Below are positions 10,388-23,365 of a DNA stretch of 64,000 bases, piece after piece. The stretch lies in contig JANRLD010000015.1 in assembly GCA_033762915.1 (NCBI GenBank), positions 21,432 through 85,431 on the forward strand. Reading direction: 5' to 3'. The notes beneath the pieces are model-generated. The model did not search any database. It had not been told where the DNA came from and worked only from the letters and a program-made list of their open reading frames with translations. The stretch's first letter is position 1. Each line of letters begins with the position of its first letter. This DNA is from Meiothermus sp. (GTDB lineage Bacteria > Deinococcota > Deinococci > Deinococcales > Thermaceae). A program made the translations under genes and the position numbers.

Positions 10388-10402
10388 TTATACTAAGTAC
10401 AA
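10388..10402. promoter_or_regulatory. Putative Thermus-type FadR operator overlapping the -10 (TATACT) of the acyl-CoA dehydrogenase-etf operon
   Basis: TTATACTAAGTACAA near-palindrome; fits TTRNACYNRGTNYAA, the T. thermophilus FadR consensus as I recall it. Confidence 0.65.
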
Positions 10403-10499
10403 GAAAGCTCTGGAGGAGGTGAACCAAGGCCGACCGCTCATCGCCGATAGCCCATAGCAACACGGTATGTGCTGTCGGGCGTGCGCTGTCCGTAGCTCT

Positions 10500-11645
<1,146 letters not shown>

Positions 11646-11781
11646 CTCGAGCTAAAGTTTATGTTTGTGTACCGCGCCCAGGGCTGGGGCCAGATCCCTC
11701 CGCCCTTCGGGCACCACCGCAGCAAAGGGGCGGGGATGCCGGCGGGCTGGCCCCTGAGCGGCGGGGGATTTAGGAGGCAGC

Positions 11782-12528
11782 ATGAAGTTTGTGGCAGTGA
11801 TACGGCAGGTACCCGACAACGAGTCGCGCCTCAAGATTGAGGGCGGTAAGGTCAACCTCGAGGGCACCACCCTGATCCTTGACGGCATGGACGAGTGGGC
11901 CGTTGAGGAGGTCATCCGCCAGCAGGAGAAGCACGGCGGCGAGAGCCTGGTGGTCGCCCTCGGTCCCGATCGTTTCGAGGAGGCCGTGCGCACCGCGCTG
12001 GCGATGGGGATTGACCGGGCCGTGCACCTGGTGGCCCCCGGCTACCTCGACCCCGTGACCCAGGCCGAGGCTCTGGCCGAGGCCCTGCGGGCCGAGGCGC
12101 CCACCCTGATATTCACCGGCGGTCAGCAGGCTGACTGGGATAGCCAGGGGCTGGGCCCTGCGGTGGCCGAGGCGTTGGGCTGGCCGGTGGTGAGCTGGAC
12201 GACCAGCCTCGAGGTGGAGTCCGAGGCCAGCGCCAAGGCCCGACACGACCTCGACGAGGGGGCCGAGGTGGTGCGGGTGGCCCTGCCCGCCGTGTTCACC
12301 AGCCAGCAGGGCCTCAACGAGCCCCGCTACCCCACCCTGCCGGGCATCATGAAGGCCAAGCGCAAAGAGCTGAAGAAGGTGTCGCTCGAGGCTGCCAGCA
12401 AGGTCGAAATCTCCGAGCAGACCATCCAGGAGCGCTCGAGGCTTAACCGGGTGCTCGACGGCAAGGACCCCGTGGCCGCCGCCAACGAGCTGGTGCGGCT
12501 GCTGCACGAAGAAGCCAAAGTTATCTGA
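11782..12528 (+). CDS. etfB: Electron transfer flavoprotein beta subunit
   Basis: RQVPD, ALAMGIDRA, GGQQAD, LNEPRYPTLPGIMKAK; AGGAGG RBS. Confidence 0.96.
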   Translation: MKFVAVIRQVPDNESRLKIEGGKVNLEGTTLILDGMDEWAVEEVIRQQEKHGGESLVVALGPDRFEEAVRTALAMGIDRAVHLVAPGYLDPVTQAEALAEALRAEAPTLIFTGGQQADWDSQGLGPAVAEALGWPVVSWTTSLEVESEASAKARHDLDEGAEVVRVALPAVFTSQQGLNEPRYPTLPGIMKAKRKELKKVSLEAASKVEISEQTIQERSRLNRVLDGKDPVAAANELVRLLHEEAKVI

Positions 12529-12616
12529 CCTCGGGGGGTTGGGGCCGGACGTGCTGGGCCATGCCCAGAAGACCTACCGCCCCTGGGCCTCGACCTACCA
12601 GCAGTTGGAGGTGTGC

Positions 12617-13555
12617 ATGATTTTAGTAGTCCTTGACCACGACGGCCAGCGCCTCAGGAAGGGCGCTCTGGAGTCTATTAGCCGCGCCCGCCAGATGAGC
12701 GGGCTGGGGCCAATAGCGGGCCTCGTGATTGGTGAAAACGCCCAGAAGGTGGCCGAGGAGGCCGCGCAGTACCTCCCCAGGGTGTACGCGGCCGAGCTCG
12801 GCGGCTACACCGCCGAAAAGTGGGCCGCTGCCGCCCACGCCGCCGTGGAGAAGATCGGGGCCAGGGTGGTCATTGCCACTGGCGGCCGGCAAAGCCGCAC
12901 CTGGACCGCCCGTCTGGCCTACCGCATGAAGGCCGGGCTGATGGAAGACACCCTCGAGACCTCCGCCGACGGCCAGACCGTGAGCGGCACCCGCTACAGC
13001 TTCCTCAACCGCGTGACCGAGAAGCAGAAGGCCGCCCTGCCGGTGGTACTGACCGCCAAGCCCAACACCACCCCCACCGCCGAGCCCGAAGGCAGCGGCG
13101 AAGTCGAGGTGCTGAGCGTGGACGCGCCCGGCGGCGTGGAGGTGCTCGAGCGCGTTACTGAGCAAAAGAAGGGCGTCTCGCTGGCCGAGGCCACCGTGGT
13201 CGTGACCGGTGGGCGCGGCCTGGGTAGCCCCGAGGCCTTTGCGGGCGTGGAGGAGCTTGCTGGCTCGCTGGGCGCGGCGGTCGGCGCGACCCGCGCGGTG
13301 GTGGACGCCGGTTGGCGGCCCTACGGCGAGCAGGTGGGCCAGACCGGAAAGACCGTGCAGCCTAGCGCCTACATCGCCCTGGCGGTGAGCGGCGCGGTGC
13401 AGCACCAGGCCGGCATGAACAAGAGCAAGTACATCGTGGCCGTCAACAAGGACGCCGAGGCCCCCATCTTCAAGATCGCCGACTACGGCATCGTGGGCGA
13501 TGTGCATCAGGTCCTGCCTGCGCTGATCGACGCTGCGAAAAAGCTGAAGGACTGA
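12617..13555 (+). CDS. etfA: Electron transfer flavoprotein alpha subunit
   Basis: GGRGLGS, VGATRAVVDAGW, QVGQTGKTV, SGAVQHQAGM; ATG 12617 after GGAGG. Confidence 0.96.
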   Translation: MILVVLDHDGQRLRKGALESISRARQMSGLGPIAGLVIGENAQKVAEEAAQYLPRVYAAELGGYTAEKWAAAAHAAVEKIGARVVIATGGRQSRTWTARLAYRMKAGLMEDTLETSADGQTVSGTRYSFLNRVTEKQKAALPVVLTAKPNTTPTAEPEGSGEVEVLSVDAPGGVEVLERVTEQKKGVSLAEATVVVTGGRGLGSPEAFAGVEELAGSLGAAVGATRAVVDAGWRPYGEQVGQTGKTVQPSAYIALAVSGAVQHQAGMNKSKYIVAVNKDAEAPIFKIADYGIVGDVHQVLPALIDAAKKLKD

Positions 13556-13699
13556 CGGCGCGCTGCTGCGCTGCGGGCCGTACGGGCTAGTCTCGAGGGT
13601 CTGTGCGGGGTCAACGTCCCTGACATAGTCCGTTAGAGACCTGGTACCTTCAAGGCGGCGCAACCCACCGGGCCCCAGCGCACTCATCGCGTTTCCTGC

Positions 13700-13728
13700 C
13701 ACTACTCCGCCCACGCTGCGGAGTAGTG
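13700..13728. terminator. Hairpin between convergent etfA and SDR genes
   Basis: CACTACTCCGC-N7-GCGGAGTAGTG, perfect 11-bp stem. Confidence 0.5.
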
Positions 13729-13831
13729 CCCTGGGTCTGGCAAAAACCGCCATACTTAGGGTTCGTGGCATCTGCTCTATAGCAAAAACCGCGCGCTTTG
13801 GCTCCGTTGGGAGCAGGTGTGGGACCCGCTC

Positions 13832-14635
13832 TCAGGGCCGGTGTGCGGTCATGCCGCCCATCACCCGGGCCATGATGGTGGTCCGTGCCCAGCGTGGCAG
13901 TGGGGAGAGGGCGGCCTCGAGAGCCATTGAGAGCAGCCCCGGCCGCACGGTACCCCGCCGGCCCAGTGCGGCCACAGTGCCTCGGGCGACCTCTTCTGGG
14001 CTGGCTGCGCCGCTCATCCGCATGCCGGCCCGCTCGGCGAAGCCGCTGTTAACCGGGCCGGGGGCCGAGGCCAGCACGTCCACTCCGCGCGGGGCCAGCT
14101 CACGCTGCAGCCCCTCGGCGAAAGTCTGGACGTAAGCTTTGGTGGCCGCGTAATGTGCCGCCCGCGGAACCCCCTGGAAGCCCACCAGCGAACTCATCAG
14201 GATGATCCCGCCACGCCCCCGTGCCGCGAACCGGCCCCCGAAGGCGTGGCTTAGGGCCGCCACGGCGCGGCAGTTGACGTCCAGCATCTCCAGCTCGGTG
14301 GATAGATCGGCCGACAGGAACTCGCCCGAGGTCCCAAAGCCTGCCGCAGCGACCAGCAGGCCGGTTTCCAGGTCGGAAGTCGAACGCACCACCTGTTCAA
14401 CCTCCTCGGGCCGCGAGAGGTCGGCAACCATCACCCGAACCTCGGTGCCGTAGGCCACCTTCAGCTCGGTGGCCAGCTCTTCGAGTCGCCCACGCTGGCG
14501 GGCCACCAGCACCAGCTTTAGCCCACCGGCGGCGAGTTCGACCGCGAGGGCCCGCCCGATGCCGCTCGAGGCTCCGGTCACCACGGCCCAGGGGCCGTAC
14601 TTGGGACTGAGATTAGTTCTGGTGTTTTGTTTCAT
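13832..14635 (-). CDS. Short-chain dehydrogenase/reductase
   Basis: TGASSGIG, YAATK; start 14635 after GGAGG. Confidence 0.93.
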   Translation of the reverse strand: MKQNTRTNLSPKYGPWAVVTGASSGIGRALAVELAAGGLKLVLVARQRGRLEELATELKVAYGTEVRVMVADLSRPEEVEQVVRSTSDLETGLLVAAAGFGTSGEFLSADLSTELEMLDVNCRAVAALSHAFGGRFAARGRGGIILMSSLVGFQGVPRAAHYAATKAYVQTFAEGLQRELAPRGVDVLASAPGPVNSGFAERAGMRMSGAASPEEVARGTVAALGRRGTVRPGLLSMALEAALSPLPRWARTTIMARVMGGMTAHRP

Positions 14636-14885
14636 CGAATCCTCCAGGTGCTTCAGTTGGTAGGGCTCAGGTGACTCTTCAGTTTTGAAAAAGCATGGGC
14701 CATGCACTGTCGCGGTTTGCCCGATGGGCTTGTGAGGCGCAGTCCACGGGTAATCCGTTGATGACCCTCTAGGTGTTGGCTGGGTCCTTGTGCGACCTGC
14801 GATCTCTTAGGCTCTTTGCCCCGGTAAGCATGTGCGCTGTTGGATGCCTTCACAACAAGACGGTGCTATGTTTACGACTAATCCT

Positions 14886-16238
14886 CTAGGTGGTCGGGAA
14901 ACACTTGCCGAAAGCCACCAGCAAACGCAGCGGCCCCTTTAGCTGAACGCGGCGGGTCAGCAGGGCTGCCACCATACTTAACTCGCCCGAGAGCACCCGC
15001 ACCCAGGCGCGGCTGTCGGCGCTCACCTCGAGGTCGGCGGTGCCCAAGCAGCCCTGTTGCACCTCGATCTTTTTGTCGGCGATGCCCACCGTTAGCTCTA
15101 GTTTCTCGTCGCCGCCGAAACGGAAGTGGTACCGGGCCTTGAGTCCCTTGGACTGCTCGCGTTGAAACAGGTGGACCAGGTTTGTCGCGAAGGCCATCAC
15201 ACTCCCCACCCGCAGGCCATTCTTCACCCGCTTGAGCCGCTTGTGAGGAAAGCGCTTGGCGGTGTAGGCCTCGGCATCGGTGCCTGCTACCACGTAGACG
15301 GTCTCGGTCTTTTTCTGCAGGGGCCACACCTGCTGGGCCAAAAAGCCCTTTCGGTCCTCGAGAAAGGGGGCGATCACGTCCTCGCCTGCGGGGCATACCG
15401 CCATGCAGTAGGCGGCCTTATAGTTGGGTCCCCCACTGAGGCTTTGCCACATCGAGAGGGTCTCGGTAACATCGACCTTTTTGCGGTAATCGGCCGCGCT
15501 ACGGCTGTCGGCGAGCTGGTCCACCCAGTCGTGAAAGCCGGTCATAAACTCGCGGTAGTTGTGGGTGTAGCAACTGTTGAAATTAAAGTGCCCATCTGGC
15601 CCGATGGCCCCCACCGGACAGGCCGCCACGCATAGCTTGCACTCCAGACAGGGGTTGTAGTCCAGTGGCTGGTTCTCGCAGCTAATGGGTCGGTCCAACA
15701 CCACCGCGCCCAAGAGGATGAAGTTGCCAAACTGGGGGTGGATCACGTTGCGGTGGATGCCCATCCTCCCCAGGCCCGCCGCCTCGGCCAGTGGCTTGAG
15801 CGAGAGGGTCCAGGGCTTGGGGAATCGGTCGGCCTCCATCGGAAAGGCCACCGGCTCGTTAAGCGCCCGCACCCCCAGCTCCTCGAGCCTACGGGCGATA
15901 AGGTGGCTGGTCTGGGTGACGTGGTCGCCGACCTGATGAAATTCGGTGTTGGCCAGGGAGCGGGCCGGCGAGCGAATCGGCTCGCGGTTCATCCGGCAAA
16001 CAAACACAATCACCGACCTCGCCGCGGGGAAGGTCCACAGAACCTCTTGGCGGCTCTCGGCCAGCTCGGGGCGCTCGAGTGACACGAAGCCTACGTCGTC
16101 AGCGCCGCACTCGAGGCACAGTTGACGCAGCGCTTCGGCCTCGAGGACAGCCGGGGCTTGGGGCTGAGGGCCGCGGGAGGCCAGGCGCAGGACAGTGGGG
16201 TGCTGGGACTGGGGGGTTCGGGGCGTTCTGGGGTTCAT
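14886..16238 (-). CDS. QueG/reductive-dehalogenase-like 4Fe-4S protein fused to a C-terminal SCP2 domain
   Basis: GADDVGF, AEAAGLGRMG.HRNVIHPQFG, CLECKLCVAACPVGAI, C...CMAVCP; SCP2-like tail. ATG 16238 after GGAGG. Confidence 0.82.
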   Translation of the reverse strand: MNPRTPRTPQSQHPTVLRLASRGPQPQAPAVLEAEALRQLCLECGADDVGFVSLERPELAESRQEVLWTFPAARSVIVFVCRMNREPIRSPARSLANTEFHQVGDHVTQTSHLIARRLEELGVRALNEPVAFPMEADRFPKPWTLSLKPLAEAAGLGRMGIHRNVIHPQFGNFILLGAVVLDRPISCENQPLDYNPCLECKLCVAACPVGAIGPDGHFNFNSCYTHNYREFMTGFHDWVDQLADSRSAADYRKKVDVTETLSMWQSLSGGPNYKAAYCMAVCPAGEDVIAPFLEDRKGFLAQQVWPLQKKTETVYVVAGTDAEAYTAKRFPHKRLKRVKNGLRVGSVMAFATNLVHLFQREQSKGLKARYHFRFGGDEKLELTVGIADKKIEVQQGCLGTADLEVSADSRAWVRVLSGELSMVAALLTRRVQLKGPLRLLVAFGKCFPTT

Positions 16239-16253
16239 GTCTCCTCCAAGAAT

Positions 16254-16319
16254 ATGTAGAGATTGACATATGTAAGGATTTACATTTGTACTCCGCCTTG
16301 CATATGTAGAATCAAACAT
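16254..16319. promoter_or_regulatory. Three ATGT-N8-ACAT PadR-type boxes
   Basis: 16254-16269, 16270-16285 and 16304-16319 in the divergent intergenic region. Confidence 0.8.
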
Positions 16320-16892
16320 ATGTCCGCACCCCCGACGGTGAGTGTTTTGGGTTACGCCCTGCTGGGGCTTCTGGCTCGAGGCGACCAATCCGGCTACGAC
16401 CTGGCCCAAGGCCTCAAGGACCCGGTCAGTTTCTTCTGGTTCGCCCAGCACAGTCAGATTTACCCCGAGCTGGCCCGCCTCGAGGCCGCCAGGCTGGTAC
16501 GCCACACCGTGGTGGCCCAGAGCGAACGCCCCGACAAGAAGGTTTACAGCCTCACGCCCGCCGGCCAACAGGCCCTCGAGTCCTGGCTCGAGGCACCGGC
16601 CGAGGTTCCCCGGATGCGCGACGAGGTGGTGCTTAAGGCCTACTCGCTCTGGCTCACCGACCCCTATAACGGCCTGCGCCTGATGCACGAGCACGCCGAG
16701 GCCCACGCCCACCGCCTCGCCGAGTACGAGCGCCGCCTCGAGCTGCTGCTCAAAAAAGACGACATCCACCGCCCCGACTCGCCCTGGTTCTCGGTCTACT
16801 CGGTGCTGATGCGCGGCATCGGCTACGAGCGGAGCTACCTCGAGTGGTGCCGCTGGATGGTAGAGCGGCTCGAGGGGGCAGGGAAGAGTTGA
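16320..16892 (+). CDS. PadR family transcriptional regulator
   Basis: LLGLL...SGYDL...FFW..HSQIYPELARLE...PDKKVYSLT; ATG 7 nt after TAGAAT. Confidence 0.93.
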   Translation: MSAPPTVSVLGYALLGLLARGDQSGYDLAQGLKDPVSFFWFAQHSQIYPELARLEAARLVRHTVVAQSERPDKKVYSLTPAGQQALESWLEAPAEVPRMRDEVVLKAYSLWLTDPYNGLRLMHEHAEAHAHRLAEYERRLELLLKKDDIHRPDSPWFSVYSVLMRGIGYERSYLEWCRWMVERLEGAGKS

Positions 16893-16990
16893 TCTTGTGG
16901 GGTGCTGCCCCTCATGACCTACGGCTGCCCATAGATCCCGCAAGGCTCAAGCCCAAAGCCCAGCTCGAGGGTGTCCGTCCCATGCAGCGT

Positions 16991-17365
16991 TTAGCGCTGG
17001 CTGTACAGCAGTGCAATCCCGCCAATGGCCACACAAGCCAGGCCGGCCAGGTCTACCCACAGCACCGTGCGGATGTGGGAGTTGTACCCGCCCTCCAACT
17101 GGGCCAGGAGCACAAACGAGGCTACGCTGACAAAGGCCGCAATTAGGCCAATCGCATACATCGAGGGCTGAAAGGCCGAAAGAGCCAGAAAAGCACCCAA
17201 CAGCCCAAACAACACGGCGCGGTGGCGCATCAGAATGGATAGGTTCGGCTCCTCGAAGCGAAGGCCGTAGAGCCGCGACAGCGGTTCACCGCCCAGCACC
17301 CCCACCAGGGGCAGCAGATGGATGAAGGCCAGAGCCAGCAGCATGGTTGAAACCAGATAGTTCAT
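16991..17365 (-). CDS. Small 4-TM membrane protein of unknown function
   Basis: Four hydrophobic segments; IHLLP...LYG...ILMRHRAVLFG. Confidence 0.75.
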   Translation of the reverse strand: MNYLVSTMLLALAFIHLLPLVGVLGGEPLSRLYGLRFEEPNLSILMRHRAVLFGLLGAFLALSAFQPSMYAIGLIAAFVSVASFVLLAQLEGGYNSHIRTVLWVDLAGLACVAIGGIALLYSQR

Positions 17366-17398
17366 GGCTGGTCATCATGCCTTCGCTCGAGTGCAAAA

Positions 17399-17421
17399 GC
17401 CATTACCTGGGAGGTAATGGC
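17399..17421. promoter_or_regulatory. Palindromic putative operator between membrane protein and XRE/MmyB regulator
   Basis: GCCATTACCT-GGG-AGGTAATGGC, perfect 10-bp arms. Confidence 0.7.
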
Positions 17422-17452
17422 CTGACTTCGGCTTCCCGGTATGATCGATCCC

Positions 17453-18253
17453 ATGAGCATCCCGTCCCGCTTTGGCGAGTTGCTGCGCGGGTGGCGGGTG
17501 CGGCGGCGGTTAAGTCAGCTCGAGCTGGCTGGTGAGGCGGGCATCTCCACGCGCCACCTGAGCTTTATCGAAACGGGACGCGCCCAGCCCAGCCGCGAGA
17601 TGATCCTGCGGCTGAGTGGCCACCTGGAGCTGCCCTTGCGCGAGCAGAACATCCTACTAACCTCGGCGGGATTTGCGCCCGTCTTTGAGCATCGCCCGCT
17701 CGACGATCCCGCCCTCGAGGGCTATCGGGGGATGATCGAGACCGTGCTGGCCGCACACGAGCCGTATCCCGCTCTGGCGGTAGACCGGCACTGGAACCTG
17801 ATAGCCCACAACCGCGTGGTTGGGCGTTTTCTGGCGCTGCTCGGCCCCGCCCAAACCCGGCCTCCCGTCAACGTGCTGCGCCTGACCTTGCACCCCGAGG
17901 GCCTCGCTCCCAGAGTGCTAAACCTGCTCGAGTGGAGGGCCCACCTGCTCGAGCGCCTGCGCCGCCAAGCCCGCACGAGTGCGGACCCGGTTTTGAATGC
18001 CCTGTACAACGAACTCAGCGCCTATCCCGTCGGCGGTCATGCCCTGAACGGCCCCCACCACCGCGACAGCACCTCGAACGTTGTGGTTCCGGTTCGCCTT
18101 ACCACTGCGAGTCTAACCCTGTCTTTCTTCAGCACCACCATGGTCTTTGGAACCCCGGTGGACGTCACCATCTCCGAGCTGGCGATAGAGTTTTTCTTTC
18201 CTGCCGACCCACAAACGGTCGAATACATGCACAGCTTGGCTCGTTCAACCTGA
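17453..18253 (+). CDS. XRE-HTH / MmyB-like transcriptional regulator
   Basis: RRRLSQLELA...STRHLSFIETGR, HEPYPALAVDRHWN, LSFFSTTMVFGTP.D.T.SELAIE. Confidence 0.92.
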   Translation: MSIPSRFGELLRGWRVRRRLSQLELAGEAGISTRHLSFIETGRAQPSREMILRLSGHLELPLREQNILLTSAGFAPVFEHRPLDDPALEGYRGMIETVLAAHEPYPALAVDRHWNLIAHNRVVGRFLALLGPAQTRPPVNVLRLTLHPEGLAPRVLNLLEWRAHLLERLRRQARTSADPVLNALYNELSAYPVGGHALNGPHHRDSTSNVVVPVRLTTASLTLSFFSTTMVFGTPVDVTISELAIEFFFPADPQTVEYMHSLARST

Positions 18254-18358
18254 GGTGAGGCCGGGCGTACTTGTTCAGATACTCTCGGATTCTGCTCTAG
18301 GGGGCACTTACTCACGTCAATGTCTGAGAGCATGATTTTCTCGAGCTAGGATTGCCTT

Positions 18359-19654
18359 GTGTCCAAAATGTTGTGGGGCTGGGTCGGGTTGGGGGTGGTG
18401 CTGGCTGGGCTGGGCCTAAACCAGGGACAGCCGGCGGCACGGCTGCTCGAGCGCCCAACCCTTGCCCCATCCGACTTCGAGTACATCGGCTCTTTCGCGC
18501 CGCCCAAGGCCGCCGTCCCTAACTCCGAGGGTGGCCGATGGTCGACCGCCTACGGGTTCGGGGGTCTGGCCCTGCGGCGGGTGGGGGGCCGCCTGCACTT
18601 TTTTGCCAGCACCCATGTTTACAGCGGCGGCCAGGTCTACGAGATGGCCTTCCCGGGGCTGTCCAAGGTTTCGGGGCAATGGCCCAGTGCTCCCGTGGTC
18701 CGTGAGTGGGGAGACGTGTTCGGGGGGCGCAAGGTGCTGCTGACCTCCTCCGACCAAAGCCCCTGCGGCGGGCGGGACGGCGGGCTGGCCAACGGCGCTT
18801 GGACGCATGGGCTGTTCTGGGACCAGGGCCGGGGCGGGCTGTACTGGTCGTACGGCAGCCCCTACAATGGCGCCGGCTGTAACCACCCCGCGCTGGGGTT
18901 CAGCCGGTTGGGGGCGGGCGGCTCGAGCGCTCAGGGTCCTTGGTCGGTCAGGGCAGGCCCGGGGGTTCATGCCCAGATGGTGCGCGGGGGGGTACTGCGG
19001 ATCCCGGGCTGGTTTGCTCAGGCCTATACCGGCGGGCGAAGCCTTGGGCTGGGGTTCGGGGGCTACTACAGCATCATCGCCCAGGGCTCCCAGGGCCCCA
19101 GTCTGTTCGCCGCCCACGACCCCGACCCCCGCTCCCCGCTGCTCGAGACCCTCCCGCTGCTCTCCTTCCCCCAGGGCCGCAAATCCACCCGCAACCCCGA
19201 CTATGTTCTCAGCCGCGACGCCGCCGGGGGTACCCAGCCCTCCTGGGATAAGAATCCCCAAGCCGGCAGGGGCTTTTGGACCGCAGCAGACACCCTCGAG
19301 GGTGCGGCGGCTTGGATCGATACCCCCCAAAAACACGGGCTGATTTTTTTCCCCCGCCTGGGGCACGGCCGCATCGGCTACGAGGGCGGGGCCGTGACCT
19401 GGGGGCGGCAGCAGCAGTGGTGGTACATCTACAGCCCCAGAGACCTGGCGGCGGTGGCCCAGGGCCGCAGGCGGCCTTGGGAGGTTGAGCCAGCCCACAC
19501 TGCCCCGGCCGACTTCGCTCTCGAGTACCCCGAAGCCCGGGTGACCGGAGCGGCTTTCGACCCTGTAGACCAGGTGCTCTACCTCTATGTCTACCAGGCC
19601 TACCGCGAGGGGGCCGAGCTTTACCCGCTGGTGCGGGCCTACAGACTCAAGTAA
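18359..19654 (+). CDS. Secreted hypothetical protein (Gly/aromatic-rich)
   Basis: N-terminal hydrophobic signal, host-like codon usage, VTGAAFDP...LY end; family not recognised. Confidence 0.7.
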   Translation: MSKMLWGWVGLGVVLAGLGLNQGQPAARLLERPTLAPSDFEYIGSFAPPKAAVPNSEGGRWSTAYGFGGLALRRVGGRLHFFASTHVYSGGQVYEMAFPGLSKVSGQWPSAPVVREWGDVFGGRKVLLTSSDQSPCGGRDGGLANGAWTHGLFWDQGRGGLYWSYGSPYNGAGCNHPALGFSRLGAGGSSAQGPWSVRAGPGVHAQMVRGGVLRIPGWFAQAYTGGRSLGLGFGGYYSIIAQGSQGPSLFAAHDPDPRSPLLETLPLLSFPQGRKSTRNPDYVLSRDAAGGTQPSWDKNPQAGRGFWTAADTLEGAAAWIDTPQKHGLIFFPRLGHGRIGYEGGAVTWGRQQQWWYIYSPRDLAAVAQGRRRPWEVEPAHTAPADFALEYPEARVTGAAFDPVDQVLYLYVYQAYREGAELYPLVRAYRLK

Positions 19655-19751
19655 GCGTTTGCGAAGCTGGACCGAATGGGGCCAAAGTCCGTTTCCCGCC
19701 GTGTTTTCGGGGCGCGGTGTGCGTGTCAACCCGCCCTTGGCGGTCGAGCCG

Positions 19752-21998
<2,247 letters not shown>

Positions 21999-22361
21999 AA
22001 CCCACTCAGTGTAGCAAGAGGGTTTGGGTCAAATGTGTAGTGTGCGGTTGACCGAGTGGGCTGCTCGAGTTGGGACAGCGCTGGGTTTCGGACGGGACCT
22101 TGGTCGGCCCGCTCAGAGAGGGCCTGACCATACTGGCGCGATTCCAGGTAGGCGGGGCGCTGCTACGGTCGGCTGGCGGGTTTGGGGAAGTTTTGTGTTG
22201 ATCGCGGTGCAAACGCTGCCCCGTTACCCTTGGTCCACAGGTAACGGTTGTACCTTGCCTCGAGCAGGCTCCCGAGAATCTACACTGTCTTTTGAGCAGG
22301 AAGGCTCGAGGTTACAAGACCTCCCCCCCCAGCTCGATTGATCTGTGGGAGCGCAGGGGAA

Positions 22362-22385
22362 AGGGGCGGACTTCGGTCCGCCCCT
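22362..22385. repeat. GC-rich hairpin in the clpS-clpA spacer
   Basis: AGGGGCGGAC-TTCG-GTCCGCCCCT. Confidence 0.7.
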
Positions 22386-22426
22386 CGCGCACTTAAAACA
22401 GAGGCACAGGCTGCCCTTTGCCCCCC

Positions 22427-22723
22427 TCACTCAGGCTCAATCGTGCACTGCAGCGGATACCCCTCGGCCTGGGCGGCGTCCATGACCTGGTTCATCTTGG
22501 TCTCGGCGATCTCGAAGGCGTAGACACCCGCTACCCCTACGCCGGCCTGGTGGACGCTCAGCATGACCTGGATGGCCTCAACCTCACTCTTCTTGAAGAA
22601 GGTCATGAGAATGTCCACCACGAAGTCCATCGGGGTGTAGTCGTCGTTTAGGAGCAACACCTTGTACAGGGGCGGTGTCGCGGTCTTGGCCTGGGTGCGG
22701 GTCTTGGTGGCGCTGTCGCTCAT
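22427..22723 (-). CDS. clpS: Clp protease adaptor ClpS
   Basis: [17 protein letters not shown]...MLSVH..G.GVAG...YPL. Confidence 0.97.
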   Translation of the reverse strand: MSDSATKTRTQAKTATPPLYKVLLLNDDYTPMDFVVDILMTFFKKSEVEAIQVMLSVHQAGVGVAGVYAFEIAETKMNQVMDAAQAEGYPLQCTIEPE

Positions 22724-22793
22724 GGGGTGGAGGGTGCGCGGGAAACCGGAGGCGGCCCGGTGTGGTGCCGAAGTGCTCCCGGTTCCCTGGCCC

Positions 22794-23360
22794 CTATTTT
22801 ATGGCCGCGAAGGGCCGGGCGGTCACGCTGACTCGAGCCGCGCTGAGGGTCACGCTGCCGCCGGTGCTGTTGACGTTGATGCGCAGGGCCATCCGGAAGC
22901 CGTTTTGCCTCTGGATCAGCTGCAGGGCGTTGGCGTTGACCGTGGGGCTGATCTGGATGTTGATGGGGAGGTCTTGGGTGGCCCCGGGGGCTAGGTCGAA
23001 GCTGGTGGCGTCGAGGGAGAAGTCGCCGCCCTGGTTGTCGGAGATGTCGGTATCGCCGGGAGGGGCCATCCGGACGGCATAGCTGCCGGTGAAGTTGGTG
23101 TTGCCGGTGTTGGTTAGGCGCACGGTGCCGCTGATGCGCCCGCCTTCCACGATCTCGAGGGCCGGGAGTGGCACCAGGAAGCCGCCGGAACCGCTGGTGG
23201 GGAAGACCAGGTTCTGGGTGGTGCTGCCGAAGCTCTGGCTGCGTTGGGCCTCGGGGATCAGGCTGGCGATGTTGACCGCCACGTTATAACGGGTCGCGGC
23301 GCTGCACCCCGCCAGCACCAGGGCCACTAGGGAAATTGCGAGCAGTTTCTTCACTTCCAC
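22794..23360 (-). CDS. Hypothetical lipoprotein
   Basis: Lipobox LAGC after a KK-hydrophobic signal. Confidence 0.8.
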   Translation of the reverse strand: MEVKKLLAISLVALVLAGCSAATRYNVAVNIASLIPEAQRSQSFGSTTQNLVFPTSGSGGFLVPLPALEIVEGGRISGTVRLTNTGNTNFTGSYAVRMAPPGDTDISDNQGGDFSLDATSFDLAPGATQDLPINIQISPTVNANALQLIQRQNGFRMALRINVNSTGGSVTLSAARVSVTARPFAAIK

Positions 23361-23365
23361 CCCCT

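Noticed and set aside
13740..13792. Direct repeat GCAAAAACCGC, two copies
   Set aside because: Only two copies, with no transposase or terminal repeats between them.
14886..16238. Naming this gene queG
   Set aside because: The SCP2 fusion, PadR boxes and SDR context do not fit a housekeeping tRNA enzyme; symbol withheld.
16239..16943. N-terminal extension giving a 685-aa Fe-S protein
   Set aside because: It overlaps padR antisense and the operator region; a good RBS supports ATG 16238.
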